A DNA stretch of 64,000 bases, taken from the IMG/VR virus record IMGVR_UViG_3300028388_003891, positions 5,513-69,512 of that record. One strand, 5' to 3'. Positions within the stretch are counted from its first letter, which is position 1, and every line of letters starts with the position of its first letter. Below the pieces are notes generated by a model. The model was given only the letters and a program-made list of their open reading frames with translations. It was not told where the DNA came from and did no database searches. Positions 20,460 to 30,799 of this stretch are shown piece after piece. Made by a program: the position numbers and the translations under genes. The DNA is from a virus. Lineage: Duplodnaviria > Heunggongvirae > Uroviricota > Caudoviricetes.

Positions 20460-20902
20460 TGACAACAGACCAACAAGAACAGCAAAGAGATATCAAACAA
20501 TACAAATTAGTATCGGGGGAAGAAATTATCGTGTCTATTGAAGGACACGACCCATCAACAGGAGCTGTCATTGTTTATGCTCCACTTGTGATTACTGCAA
20601 TAGGCGACAACTTGATTTCGAGTGATGGCGGTTCTTCAATACACTCGGGTTATGCATTGAGGCCGTGGATAACATATGCTGATACACTTATGCAGCCTGT
20701 TGCATTAGCTAGTAACAGCATCATCGGCGCTAGTGTACCTGGTGAGATGATGAAAGCGCAATACGACTTGGCGTGCGCCAACATTGAAATGGCGTTGACA
20801 GAACTTGCTGTAAGCATGGCTGAAGAAGGACTCACAACCAATGATAGCGATACGCCTCGTGGTGGGACTGTGATTAACTTTAATAATCGCACCAAGCACT
20901 AA
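20459..20902 (+). CDS. hypothetical protein (147 aa)
   Basis: ATGA-coupled to uvsW. Confidence 0.45.
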   Translation: MTTDQQEQQRDIKQYKLVSGEEIIVSIEGHDPSTGAVIVYAPLVITAIGDNLISSDGGSSIHSGYALRPWITYADTLMQPVALASNSIIGASVPGEMMKAQYDLACANIEMALTELAVSMAEEGLTTNDSDTPRGGTVINFNNRTKH

Positions 20903-21060
20903 GCGGGTATCTAACCCCCCCATCGGCGGCTGCCTTTATGTATAAAGGATAGTCGCCAAAAACACCTTTTTTTAATTTTTTTTTGTCGTTGTGGAGTTAC
21001 CTAATAACAGGTGACCTTTGTCTGTATTCAACAGATAGTGTTCCAATTCTGGAGATTATT

Positions 21061-21693
21061 ATGAGTGAAAGTTTAACGAAACGTGAACAAGCACGCAAAA
21101 AGCCACACTATGTCAGCAATAGTGAATTCACTGACGCGGTCGTCGAGTATGTTAAACAATGCCAATCAGCTGAAAAGCGAGGACATTCTCTACCAACTGT
21201 TCCCACATACATTGCTGAGTGCTTCATAAAAATATCACAGGGGGTGTCACACCGACCGAATTTTGTTCGGTATACCTATCGTGACGATATGGTAATGGAT
21301 GGCGTAGAAAACTGCTTACGTGCGATTCGCAATTACGATATCAATGCTGCAACTCGTTCAGGGCGGCCCAATGCATTTGCGTATTTCACACAAATAGTGT
21401 GGTTTGCGTTTTTACGACGTATCAACAAAGAGAAGCATCAACATAATATCAAGGTCAAATATTTGACGCACGGCGTTTTAGATCAGTATCTCGTCGATGC
21501 TGGTGACGATGTTTACGCGTCTGAAACGATACGTGCATTTGTCGAAGAGTTACGCAGCAAAGTGTCTGTTGCAGAAGATGATCGAACCAAGTATTATGAC
21601 ATGCTAACCGACAGCGACATTGCAGTAACTGCAAGTGTTGCCAGCTCTAAAATTGAAATAGAAGACCCTGATGAAAGCAGCCATTCTAACTGA
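21061..21693 (+). CDS. late-transcription sigma factor (T4 gp55-like)
   Basis: MSESLTKREQARKKPHYVSNSEF...NAFAYFTQIVWFAFLRRINKEKH aligns with T4 gp55; start at second in-frame ATG. Confidence 0.8.
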   Translation: MSESLTKREQARKKPHYVSNSEFTDAVVEYVKQCQSAEKRGHSLPTVPTYIAECFIKISQGVSHRPNFVRYTYRDDMVMDGVENCLRAIRNYDINAATRSGRPNAFAYFTQIVWFAFLRRINKEKHQHNIKVKYLTHGVLDQYLVDAGDDVYASETIRAFVEELRSKVSVAEDDRTKYYDMLTDSDIAVTASVASSKIEIEDPDESSHSN

Positions 21694-22729
21694 CACGCAC
21701 GTTGGAATACGCAACAACTCCGACATCTTCATCGACTACCAAAGACGGTTCTACGAAGAAGTGTTCTTTCCTTATTGCGTTGAAAACGACATCAATGAAA
21801 TTATTCACCTCGGCGATTACTACGACAATAGGAAAAGCGTAAACTTAAAGGCACTGAACGCTAACCGACTTTGTTTCCTTGAGAAACTGCGTGAATATGG
21901 GATGCACATGACTATTATCCCTGGTAATCACGATGTATATTGGCGAAACACCAACGAACTATGTTCTCTTAATGAGCTAATGGGACACTACCTTAGTGAA
22001 GTAACAATTGTTGATACAGCTCAAGATTATCAGCTGGGCGATATGACGATTGGACTGATACCATGGATCACTGAGAGTAACTGGGAACACACCAAGCACT
22101 ACATCGAAAAGACTTCATGCACGATAGTAGGCGCACATCTTGAACTCGCTGGGTTTGAAATGCAGCGTGGCGTTGAGTGTCATGGTGGAATGGAAGCAGA
22201 CCTTTTCTCCAAGTTTGATTTGGTGCTAACAGGCCATTTCCACACCTGTTCTCATAAAGCAAACATTCGTTATCTTGGCTCGTCCATGGAATTTTTTTGG
22301 AGTGATGCACACGACGACAAATTCTTTCACGTACTGGATACGACGACCCAACAAATAGAAGCTATTCGCAATCCGCTGACGCTCTTTGCTCGTATTGGCT
22401 ACGATGACACCAAGTATGATTATGATAAAGCCGACCTAACAGGTTTCGATGATATCTTTGTCAAGATCACCGTGCGCCGTAAAACTGATATGGAAATGTT
22501 CAATCGGTTGATTGATCGACTACAACAGCGTAATTTACACGACCTAAAAATCATCGAAGATCAGACAGCAATCGCTGCAAATTCTATTGACCAGCAAATT
22601 GACGTCAAAGACACAGACGAGATCATCCAAATGTATATTAACAGCATGGATACCGACCTCGATCGCAATCGCCTTACACGCATGCTGTATGACCTTAAAC
22701 AAGAAGCGTACCAATTGCAGGTCGTATGA
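21671..22729 (+). CDS. recombination endonuclease subunit (gp47, Mre11/SbcD-like)
   Basis: calcineurin-like phosphoesterase motifs (DTHVG, GDYYD, GNHD). Confidence 0.85.
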   Translation: MKAAILTDTHVGIRNNSDIFIDYQRRFYEEVFFPYCVENDINEIIHLGDYYDNRKSVNLKALNANRLCFLEKLREYGMHMTIIPGNHDVYWRNTNELCSLNELMGHYLSEVTIVDTAQDYQLGDMTIGLIPWITESNWEHTKHYIEKTSCTIVGAHLELAGFEMQRGVECHGGMEADLFSKFDLVLTGHFHTCSHKANIRYLGSSMEFFWSDAHDDKFFHVLDTTTQQIEAIRNPLTLFARIGYDDTKYDYDKADLTGFDDIFVKITVRRKTDMEMFNRLIDRLQQRNLHDLKIIEDQTAIAANSIDQQIDVKDTDEIIQMYINSMDTDLDRNRLTRMLYDLKQEAYQLQVV

Positions 22730-24473
22730 GGATAACGTCATAATCACCTTCGAGAAAATACGATACAAAAATCTTTTGTCTGCTGGCAATCAGTGGATAG
22801 AGGTTGATCTGTCCGCACGCGCAACCACCTTGATCATAGGTGAGAATGGCGCTGGCAAGTCGACGATGCTCGACGCGCTGTCGTTTGCCTTATTCGGTAA
22901 GCCTCATCGCAACATCAATAAGCCAATGCTGATCAACAGTATCAATCAGCGCGAGTGCGAAGCGGAAGTCGAATTTACTGTCCACAATTCGAAGTACAAA
23001 ATTGTACGTGGTATGAAACCGACCAGATTTGAAATCTGGCGTGATGGCGAAAGAGTCAACCAAGACAGCAATAGCGCAGACGATCAGAAAATGGTCGAGT
23101 CGACAATTCTCGGTATGAATCACAAGACGTTTCATCAAGTTGTGGTGCTTGGATCGTCGACGTTTACTCCTTTTCTCCAATTATCTACTGCCCAACGACG
23201 TGTAGTAATTGAACAGCTGCTCGACATTTCAATTTTTGGTTCAATGAATCAAGTGGTCAAGCACCATATAAGCGATCTTAAAAGACAATATCAGGAGCAA
23301 ACTGTACACAATAATGCACTGCGTGACGCGATAAAAAGCGAGCAGCGTCATCGCGAGAATCTTGCATCTATCGTGGCACAAAACGAAGATGCCATTCAAC
23401 AACAAGTCGATCACCACAACGATGAAATTGCTAAACTGCGCGCAGCAAATCAAGCAATCAACGAACAATATGGTGGTGATTTGCAAGAAAGTGTTCTAAT
23501 AGCACTCGATGAACGGATCAAGCACTGTGATAAAATTAGCAGCTTGGTGCTCAAGCTACAATCGCAACGTAGCACGTTGGCCAAAGAGCGCACAGTGTTT
23601 GAGCGTGAGGGGCCATGCCCGACCTGCCATCAAGTGATGGATCATGAGACACGCGAAGCCAAACTTGGCGAAATAAGCAACCGCATTCCTGAGATTGAAA
23701 CGGCTCTGGAACAGTTGGTATCTAAACAACGAAAAGCACAGCAAGACGTTGGCGATCTTAGAACGCAGCTTGATCAGATCACTGCGCACCTCAAAGAGAT
23801 CGATGTCAATAATCTACAGATTGACAGCCATCAGCAATCGATCTCTAAGTTGCAGACTAACAAAGGTGGTTCTCATGACCAAGAGCTAAAAACGATTGAC
23901 GCCACAATTGCACGTAAAAGTGGCGAGCTAGTAAAGTGTATGGAGCAAGTAAACGACACGTTTACAACAATGCAGTATTACGACGTAATACAAGAGCTAC
24001 TTAAAGACACAGGAATCAAGGCGAAAGTAATCGATCAGTACTTGCCCGTAATCAATCAGCAGGTCAACAAATACCTGCAAGCTCTTGATTTGTTTGTTGA
24101 TTTTGAACTCGATAATGTTTTTACCGACACTATTCGTGCTCGCCACCGTGATGAAATGTCTTACCCTTCATTCAGCGAAGGTGAAAAAACGCGAATCGAT
24201 GTCGCGCTTCTTTTTGCGTGGCGCGAGGTGGCTAGACTAAAAAATAGTATAAGTACCAACCTACTGATCCTCGATGAAACATTCGACGCCTCACTCGACG
24301 GTGCAGGTGTTGATAACCTATTAGACGTTCTTTATGATACACGTCAATCAACGAACGTGTTCGTAATATCTCATAAGGCACGTCTTCAGGACAGGTTCGA
24401 TGCCACGATGCAGTTTACAAAACCATCGCTTTTTTCTTCATACACTATACTAGAGAATAATGAGTCAAACTAA
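22689..24473 (+). CDS. recombination endonuclease subunit (gp46, Rad50/SbcC-like ATPase)
   Basis: Walker A GENGAGKST, coiled-coil with CPTC zinc hook, signature SEGEKTRIDVALLF, Walker B LILDE; first in-frame ATG is 22689 but homology to T4 gp46 begins near 22737. Confidence 0.8.
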   Translation: MTLNKKRTNCRSYEDNVIITFEKIRYKNLLSAGNQWIEVDLSARATTLIIGENGAGKSTMLDALSFALFGKPHRNINKPMLINSINQRECEAEVEFTVHNSKYKIVRGMKPTRFEIWRDGERVNQDSNSADDQKMVESTILGMNHKTFHQVVVLGSSTFTPFLQLSTAQRRVVIEQLLDISIFGSMNQVVKHHISDLKRQYQEQTVHNNALRDAIKSEQRHRENLASIVAQNEDAIQQQVDHHNDEIAKLRAANQAINEQYGGDLQESVLIALDERIKHCDKISSLVLKLQSQRSTLAKERTVFEREGPCPTCHQVMDHETREAKLGEISNRIPEIETALEQLVSKQRKAQQDVGDLRTQLDQITAHLKEIDVNNLQIDSHQQSISKLQTNKGGSHDQELKTIDATIARKSGELVKCMEQVNDTFTTMQYYDVIQELLKDTGIKAKVIDQYLPVINQQVNKYLQALDLFVDFELDNVFTDTIRARHRDEMSYPSFSEGEKTRIDVALLFAWREVARLKNSISTNLLILDETFDASLDGAGVDNLLDVLYDTRQSTNVFVISHKARLQDRFDATMQFTKPSLFSSYTILENNESN

Positions 24474-25353
24474 AGAGAAAACGATCAGGTACACAGAGAT
24501 CTTTTACTCCCCTCAAGGCGAGGGGGAGCATACGGGCAAGATGACAGCATGGGTAAGGCTATTCAGTTGCAACCTTGAGTGCCGAGGGTTTGGACAACCG
24601 GACCCAGCAGATCCTAAAACGTATCACCCCGTCGGCAATGAACTCGATTTGTCAGATATCACTTCTCTTGAGCAACTGCAAGTTTTCCCTGTTGGGTGCG
24701 ACAGCGCCTACAGTGTTGCTAAACGATTTCGTCATCTAGCACATCAAGCCACAGCCAGCGAGATTGCTCAACAGCTAGTTGATCTGATACCTAATAACAG
24801 TTGGACAAATCAGCCTACTGGTAATGATATTCACTTAGCGTTCACAGGCGGAGAGCCTATGATGCAGCAGCGTGCCATCGCCGACATCATTGACGCTTTA
24901 ATCAGTCTCGGCCAGTGCCCTCTTAACGTCACAATCGAGACTAACGGAACCATGCCTACCACTGATCAGATTCGGCATGCGGTGCGAGCGATAGAGTCGC
25001 GTGGTGGTTCATGGTTCTGGTCTTTATCTCCTAAGCTACACAACACAGCTGGCGAGCCTACTGAAAAGGCGATCAAGCCTGATGTGGTGCATGAGTATCA
25101 AAAGCTGTCAGATAAAGGTCAGCTCAAGTTTGTCGTTAACGGGTCTAAAGCATCGTGGGATGAGCTTGATTCTACCTTAATTAAGTTTAGACAAAATGAC
25201 GTATTGTTTTCCGCGTGGGTGATGGGTGTCGGTGGTACTATCGAAAATCTCAGGCTGACCGAAGCTGACATTGCCGTGGAAGCAATTAAACGGGGTTATC
25301 ATTACTCGTCGAGAGTACACGCACATCTCTTTGGAAATGAATTAGGGACATAA
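24460..25353 (+). CDS. QueE-like radical-SAM enzyme (7-carboxy-7-deazaguanine synthase family, divergent)
   Basis: N-terminal EIFYSPQGEGEHTGKMTAWVRLFSCNLECRGFG matches QueE substrate/cluster region with variant Cys motif. Confidence 0.55.
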   Translation: MSQTKEKTIRYTEIFYSPQGEGEHTGKMTAWVRLFSCNLECRGFGQPDPADPKTYHPVGNELDLSDITSLEQLQVFPVGCDSAYSVAKRFRHLAHQATASEIAQQLVDLIPNNSWTNQPTGNDIHLAFTGGEPMMQQRAIADIIDALISLGQCPLNVTIETNGTMPTTDQIRHAVRAIESRGGSWFWSLSPKLHNTAGEPTEKAIKPDVVHEYQKLSDKGQLKFVVNGSKASWDELDSTLIKFRQNDVLFSAWVMGVGGTIENLRLTEADIAVEAIKRGYHYSSRVHAHLFGNELGT

Positions 25354-25354
25354 T

Positions 25355-25660
25355 ATGAATTTTTACAAACCCTTCACGGGACAAATTGTAGTATTGATGA
25401 CACCGATTGGCGAAATCGTTGGGCGATTTAAGACGGGGTCTGAGAACTGGGTCGAGCTAAAGGATCCGCGACTGTTCTTTGCATCAGGAGAGGGTCAAGG
25501 TGGTTTTACACCAGGGGTTTCACAAATCGGTGTTAGTGAACCAGATTCCTCACCTTTTTCTACTAGCCAGATCATCACCATCCAGATTGCACGAGATGAG
25601 GTTGCGCAAGCGTGGCAACAAGTAACAACTGGTTTGGTGGTACCGCAAGGAGCGTTGTAA
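25355..25660 (+). CDS. hypothetical protein (101 aa)
   Basis: ORF inside deazapurine cluster. Confidence 0.4.
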   Translation: MNFYKPFTGQIVVLMTPIGEIVGRFKTGSENWVELKDPRLFFASGEGQGGFTPGVSQIGVSEPDSSPFSTSQIITIQIARDEVAQAWQQVTTGLVVPQGAL

Positions 25661-26154
25661 TGCAACCTGTATCATACAAATTCGTGAGCACTAAAGAATA
25701 TATCGATGCCTTTCCTTGTGCCTATAGACAACACCGTGCCGACTCTCACTGTAATCTGATACACGGATATAGCTTTTCAATGAAGTTCTGGTTTGGCAGT
25801 GATGACCTTGATGTGCGCAATTGGGTAGCAGATTATGGCGGCCTTAAAGAGCTGAAAACCGTTTTACAGGAACAGTTCGATCACACTCTCCTCGTTGCGG
25901 AGGACGATCCTAAGATCCAAGTGTTCAAATTGCTCGAGCAACGCAATCTTGCACGGTTAACAATTCTACCTCGCCTTGGATGTGAAGGGCTAGCAGACAT
26001 GCTGTATAAATATGTGAACGGCGTCTACATCCCTGATTACTGGGGTCCTTCCGAAGCAGAGCGACTGTGGTGTTTTCGTGTTGAGGTACGGGAAACGCAA
26101 AGCAACATGGCCTACCGTGAAGGGCATCGCGAATGGAATGAAGAGCTGTTCTAA
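25660..26154 (+). CDS. queD: QueD (6-carboxy-5,6,7,8-tetrahydropterin synthase, T-fold)
   Basis: CAYRQH...CNLIHGYSF (Cx5HGH)...FDHTLL motifs; start ATG overlapping upstream stop (TAATG). Confidence 0.7.
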   Translation: MQPVSYKFVSTKEYIDAFPCAYRQHRADSHCNLIHGYSFSMKFWFGSDDLDVRNWVADYGGLKELKTVLQEQFDHTLLVAEDDPKIQVFKLLEQRNLARLTILPRLGCEGLADMLYKYVNGVYIPDYWGPSEAERLWCFRVEVRETQSNMAYREGHREWNEELF

Positions 26155-26265
26155 ACAACGAGTTTTCTATCTGTTGTTCCACGCAATGTGGGTTTTAGAT
26201 AGCCAAGGTACAGTCCGCCCTTGCTTCTTTCTACGGACGTTAAGCTAAACCCGAAAGGAGATTAC

Positions 26266-26934
26266 ATGTCTAAATCAAATCCCGACCTCGGTCGGCAAGT
26301 AAACGAGCACCTCGTGCAACTTGGAATTCATACCCCCGTTACCGATATGGTGATGGAAGATCGTGAAACCAAAATTGCAAAGGTCGCAGAACTCACTAGA
26401 GAAATGTTGGAGGTACTTGGTCTCGATCTCTCAGACGACAGCTTGGAAGAAACTCCAATGCGCGTTGCGAAGATGTACGTCGATGAGACTTTTGCCGGTC
26501 TTCGTTATGATACTTTTCCTAAATGCACCACAGTAGAAAACAAGTTCTGCCACGGTGATGAATTTGTCCTCGAGAAGAACATAACGCTATACAGCGACTG
26601 CGAACATCACCTTCGTCCTATTATTGGCAAAGCGCACATTGCGTACATACCAAAGGATAAAGTGATGGGGCTGTCAAAGTTGAATCGCATCACACAATAC
26701 TTCGCCAGGCGCCCGCAAGTGCAAGAGCGTCTTAATCAGCAAATTGCTCACTCAATCGCATTCATCACTGAAAGTGAAGATGTGATGGTAGTGATCGAAG
26801 CTGAACACACCTGTGTGTCCCAACGCGGTATTAAAGACACTTCAAGCTCAACTGTCACGGCTTGTTGCCTTGGTCAGTTTGGCATTCACAACAGCGAGCT
26901 GCGTAAAGAGGTTATGGCCAATATCAATAGGTAA
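26266..26934 (+). CDS. folE: GTP cyclohydrolase I (FolE)
   Basis: ETPMRVAKMY, CEHHLRP, GLSKLNRI, FARRPQVQERL, IEAEHTC motifs; GGAG RBS before ATG 26266. Confidence 0.85.
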   Translation: MSKSNPDLGRQVNEHLVQLGIHTPVTDMVMEDRETKIAKVAELTREMLEVLGLDLSDDSLEETPMRVAKMYVDETFAGLRYDTFPKCTTVENKFCHGDEFVLEKNITLYSDCEHHLRPIIGKAHIAYIPKDKVMGLSKLNRITQYFARRPQVQERLNQQIAHSIAFITESEDVMVVIEAEHTCVSQRGIKDTSSSTVTACCLGQFGIHNSELRKEVMANINR

Positions 26935-27350
26935 TGAATCAGCCATACAAGTTTTATATCGCCAAGGCAACAAATAACAAACACCCAATACCAGAAAACA
27001 AGCAGTTCTTGAAATTTGGCATTACGCACCATATGGATGCCGCCAAACGGTTTGACCCAACACAGGATGATGGGTACGACAAGAAGTATGAGGACTGGGA
27101 CTTTCGAATTATGTTCTCTTTGGTTTGCAAAACGCGAGAGCAGGCAGAACTGATCGAGTCGTATTGGCTCGGCGAAGTGTTTCCAGCTGACGGGCCCACT
27201 AAAGTGTGGGTTGAAAGTTATCTGGGGCTTGAAGATGATCAGTACTATTCGGATATGTCTGGTATAACGGAACTGCGCCTACTCAGCCAGAAACAGGCTG
27301 GGTGGGCGATTCGTAAGGCATATGAGCTGTACAAACCAAATCAAGGTTAA
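26934..27350 (+). CDS. GIY-YIG-like nuclease-domain protein
   Basis: YKFYIAK...FLKFGITH...R...KTREQAELIESYWL pattern (GIY / YIG / Arg / Glu helix). Confidence 0.4.
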   Translation: MNQPYKFYIAKATNNKHPIPENKQFLKFGITHHMDAAKRFDPTQDDGYDKKYEDWDFRIMFSLVCKTREQAELIESYWLGEVFPADGPTKVWVESYLGLEDDQYYSDMSGITELRLLSQKQAGWAIRKAYELYKPNQG

Positions 27351-27356
27351 TACATT

Positions 27357-27770
27357 ATGAATCAGCAAATGGGTACTGTTACATCGTACATTACTGTACG
27401 AACCGACTTTGAGGGGTATCACCGCTACAAGGGAGCAAGTGAAATCGACCCTCGACTAGAGTTTCTCGAGCATCGTCATCGACACAAGTTTTATGTCACA
27501 GTGACAATTTCCGTCACCCACGACGATCGCGAGCTTGAGTTTTTCTTGGTTAAGTGGGACCTGCGGGATTTCATCGACAGTCGCTTGATTAAGGGTCGCC
27601 AAAATGACACGATGATTGAGTCATGTGAAATGATTGCTAGATGCATCCTTGACGAGCATTTAATTCCAGCATACGGAACTGACAGAAGTTACTTCATCGT
27701 CGTGTCGGAAGATGGTGAAAACGATGGCGCCATCCACTACATTCCCCCTGCCACGGAGGTCCAACCATGA
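27357..27770 (+). CDS. second T-fold (QueD/PTPS-like) paralog
   Basis: DFEGYHRYKG ... LEHRHRHKFYVTVT resembles FEAAHR / HGH motifs of PTPS/QueD. Confidence 0.4.
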   Translation: MNQQMGTVTSYITVRTDFEGYHRYKGASEIDPRLEFLEHRHRHKFYVTVTISVTHDDRELEFFLVKWDLRDFIDSRLIKGRQNDTMIESCEMIARCILDEHLIPAYGTDRSYFIVVSEDGENDGAIHYIPPATEVQP

Positions 27771-28618
27771 GCCTCAGAAAGATTGATTTCTGTTACATTA
27801 TGCCAACGGCCCTACTGCCTAAATTCGGAAATCTTAGCAAGTCGCATCTTGTGTTAGCCCATCTTGTTGAGCAGGATGATACATACACCGAGTATTTCGC
27901 ACAGAGCGAAAAGTTCAAGATAATGGATAACAGCGCGTTTGAGATGTTTAAACAAGGGCGCGAGATGTATCCCTCTGACAAGCTGATCGAGATGGCGACT
28001 AGGTGCAAAGCTGATATGATCGTTATGTCAGACTATCCTAATGAACCTGCTAAAAAGACGATCGATGCTGCGAAGCGCCTTGCGTTCGAGTACAAAGAAG
28101 CTGGGTTTGAAACCTTCTTTGTGCCACAGAGCGTAGCTGGCGACAAGGATGGATACCTCAATTCAATTAGGTGGGGCCTTGAGTACTCTGACTTGATTGA
28201 TCGTATTGGACTGTCTATCCTCGGCGCTCCCAACGCGTATGGCGTGCTTCGCAACCCATTGCAGCGTACACTAGCTCGGTGGCGCGTACTTCACGAGCTA
28301 GATGTAGCAGGGGATCTAGTGTCACGCAACAAGCAGTTTCATTGTCTTGGTATGCTCGATGGACCCAACGAAATTTTGTTGCTCAAAGATTATGTCGCTA
28401 AGATTGCTTCGTGGGACACCTCGGCGCCTGTGTGGGCTGGATTGCATGGCATTACGTTTGATGAAACGCCGACTGGCTTAAAAGAAGGCAAGTTCGAGCG
28501 CGAGGTCGATTTTGACTACGGTAAGAATAGCCCAATCACCGACACCCAGCGACAATGTATCATGACCAACTGCAAGATGATACAAAACAACCTAAAGCAT
28601 GTGGAATACACACCATGA
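27767..28618 (+). CDS. DpdA/TGT-like (tRNA-guanine transglycosylase superfamily) DNA 7-deazaguanine transglycosylase candidate
   Basis: 283 aa in operon with folE/queD/queE; assignment by context and size rather than by a motif I can verify. Confidence 0.45.
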   Translation: MSLRKIDFCYIMPTALLPKFGNLSKSHLVLAHLVEQDDTYTEYFAQSEKFKIMDNSAFEMFKQGREMYPSDKLIEMATRCKADMIVMSDYPNEPAKKTIDAAKRLAFEYKEAGFETFFVPQSVAGDKDGYLNSIRWGLEYSDLIDRIGLSILGAPNAYGVLRNPLQRTLARWRVLHELDVAGDLVSRNKQFHCLGMLDGPNEILLLKDYVAKIASWDTSAPVWAGLHGITFDETPTGLKEGKFEREVDFDYGKNSPITDTQRQCIMTNCKMIQNNLKHVEYTP

Positions 28619-28947
28619 CCGACCAAAAAGAATTACGAGTTAAACGTGGAGAGTTAAAGATCATTGACGAGCTTCGTGATTATGTAATCGCGACGTACAA
28701 CCAGCACTATCGTACAGAAAATGAAGATGGTGATGAGATCCAAGTACTGGATATTTGGGAAGCACTCGATATGGATATTGCGGCGATGCATTCTAACATC
28801 GTCAAGTATGCCTTTCGTTACGGTCGCAAAAACGGGTACAATCGAAAAGATCTTTTCAAAATACTCCATTACACCGTGCTGTTGATCCACTACAGCGAAC
28901 AACGTGGGTTATTCACTGTAGTGGATCCACAGCTGGAGAGTGTGTAA
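28615..28947 (+). CDS. hypothetical protein (110 aa)
   Basis: ATGA-coupled ORF (internal Met of ORF 28555). Confidence 0.4.
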   Translation: MTDQKELRVKRGELKIIDELRDYVIATYNQHYRTENEDGDEIQVLDIWEALDMDIAAMHSNIVKYAFRYGRKNGYNRKDLFKILHYTVLLIHYSEQRGLFTVVDPQLESV

Positions 28948-29468
28948 TGAGTCTGCGTAATATAGCCCTTTCCACCAATCCAGCAGAGTTGTCTCATACT
29001 GAAGAGGATGATGTTCAGCCAAATGCTGTCGACATACGTCTCGATAAAGTGTGGCAAATTTCCAACGAGACGTTTACCCTCAGTGATAGTCACAAGGGGC
29101 ATCGTGGGTCCGAAGAGCTGTCGTTTACCCGTCATTTCCCCGACCATGAAGGCGAATGGATCGATCTATATCCAGGCAGCTATGAGTTTACCGCTAGAGG
29201 TACTGTGCTAGTTCCGCCTGGGTTCGCTGGGTGGGTAGTTACTCGAAGCACACTGAACCGTAATGGTGTCTTCATAACATCCGGCCTGTACGATAGCGGC
29301 TATCATGGAGTAATGGCCGGCGTAATACATGTATCTTGCGGTCCCTTTCTGGTTCAGCGAGGAACACGCATTGGTCAGTTTATACTTGTCGACGCTGAAA
29401 CATCTCATCAGTACGATGGCGATTACGGTTTGGGTAAAAAGCACGATGATAAGTACACGACTGCGTAG
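28947..29468 (+). CDS. dCTP deaminase/dUTPase-fold protein
   Basis: AVDIRLDKVW...VLVPPGFAGWVVTRSTLNRNGVFITSGLYDSGYHG...IGQFIL matches Dcd/dUTPase fold pattern. Confidence 0.6.
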   Translation: MSLRNIALSTNPAELSHTEEDDVQPNAVDIRLDKVWQISNETFTLSDSHKGHRGSEELSFTRHFPDHEGEWIDLYPGSYEFTARGTVLVPPGFAGWVVTRSTLNRNGVFITSGLYDSGYHGVMAGVIHVSCGPFLVQRGTRIGQFILVDAETSHQYDGDYGLGKKHDDKYTTA

Positions 29469-29576
29469 CACAATCTGGTAGTGCGCTGAACTCTAAATTC
29501 ATGAGATAACGGTTCAAATCCGTTCGCAGTCACCATATATACACCGCAATGACTAATGACTTTAAGGGAAACAAAC

Positions 29577-30173
29577 ATGATTGATTTAGTATGTGTTCTG
29601 GACCGTTCAGGTTCAATGTATGCTGACGCTGCAAAGGTGATCAGCTCGTTCAATGAGTTTATCGCGATGCAGCGCGGACGGATGCTAACACGCCCCGACC
29701 TTATGCGTGTTACGCTAGTGCTGTTCGATAATCAATACGAGGTGGTGTACAAAAGCATTCCCATTGATGCTGTCCCCGAACTGACATCAGCTGTGTACAA
29801 CACACGAGGTATGACCGCACTCAATGATGCCGTTGGCAAGACGATTAACGAGCTACGTGACAACGAGAACGTCTTTATGTACATCGAGACCGACGGCCAC
29901 GAAAATAGTTCCAAAGAGTTTAATGGCGACCAAATCAAAACCATGATTAGGGATGCGGAACGCCGTGGATGGGAGTTTATGTTCACCGGTGCCGATTTAA
30001 CCAAACAACAAACACTCGACATGGCCAGCTCGTACGGGATCAAATCGTCGAACACCATCTCGATCAATAAAACGTCGGATGGGTACGCCACTCGCAACGC
30101 CCTGTTCTCTACTGCTGTATCTTCGTATGTGGACGATGTTACTAGCAAGTCGAGTTCTACAGAGACAATCTAA
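29577..30173 (+). CDS. vWA-domain protein
   Basis: MIDAS LVCVLDRSGSM, ...ETDGHEN...; start at ATG with AAGGGA RBS (ORF track starts 29556). Confidence 0.55.
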   Translation: MIDLVCVLDRSGSMYADAAKVISSFNEFIAMQRGRMLTRPDLMRVTLVLFDNQYEVVYKSIPIDAVPELTSAVYNTRGMTALNDAVGKTINELRDNENVFMYIETDGHENSSKEFNGDQIKTMIRDAERRGWEFMFTGADLTKQQTLDMASSYGIKSSNTISINKTSDGYATRNALFSTAVSSYVDDVTSKSSSTETI

Positions 30174-30289
30174 AGTCGGAGACAAAAATGTCCACTGAAG
30201 GCATGTAGGTATTCAAACCTCCATAACAGTAACTCTTTTACGGCACACTAACATAACAATGTTTACTGTTTCAAAAGAGAGTTACTATT

Positions 30290-30799
30290 ATGAAAACCAA
30301 CCTAATCAAACTGAAAGTCAAGTCAAAGAGTCTTGCCGAAGAGGCTCGTATAATTCGCAAAGAGGAACGCAAGGCGCTTAATCGCTTTAACAACGTCCAT
30401 GCAACTAAAGAGCCAAACCGCGACTATTGGGAATGGACGACACAAGAGCAGCAGGCTTACAACGCTTACGCCTCATTGCACACACACCGCACAGATGACG
30501 TAAGACGTGAATCACGTGCAACCCATCTGGCGATAGCGTTCCTTAAAGGTAGAACATACCGGTCTGTAGAACGCAATTCTAAAGACGATTACGACAAACA
30601 GAGAGCCTTGCTGCGTGCAGCGAAGATTGCGTTCAAGTACATATGGAACGACCATCCTAGCTACCAGCTATTTAAACAGCAACATGCGAGGCAAATGCAA
30701 GCGGTGCCTCGTACGCCAAGAGAAGAGTACGCACGCAAAAATATCAGAGTAACTGCAAATTTACAATATGAGATCTTCCGGAAATGGTCGGAAGAATAA
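30290..30799 (+). CDS. hypothetical basic protein (169 aa)
   Basis: ORF with GAGA RBS. Confidence 0.45.
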   Translation: MKTNLIKLKVKSKSLAEEARIIRKEERKALNRFNNVHATKEPNRDYWEWTTQEQQAYNAYASLHTHRTDDVRRESRATHLAIAFLKGRTYRSVERNSKDDYDKQRALLRAAKIAFKYIWNDHPSYQLFKQQHARQMQAVPRTPREEYARKNIRVTANLQYEIFRKWSEE

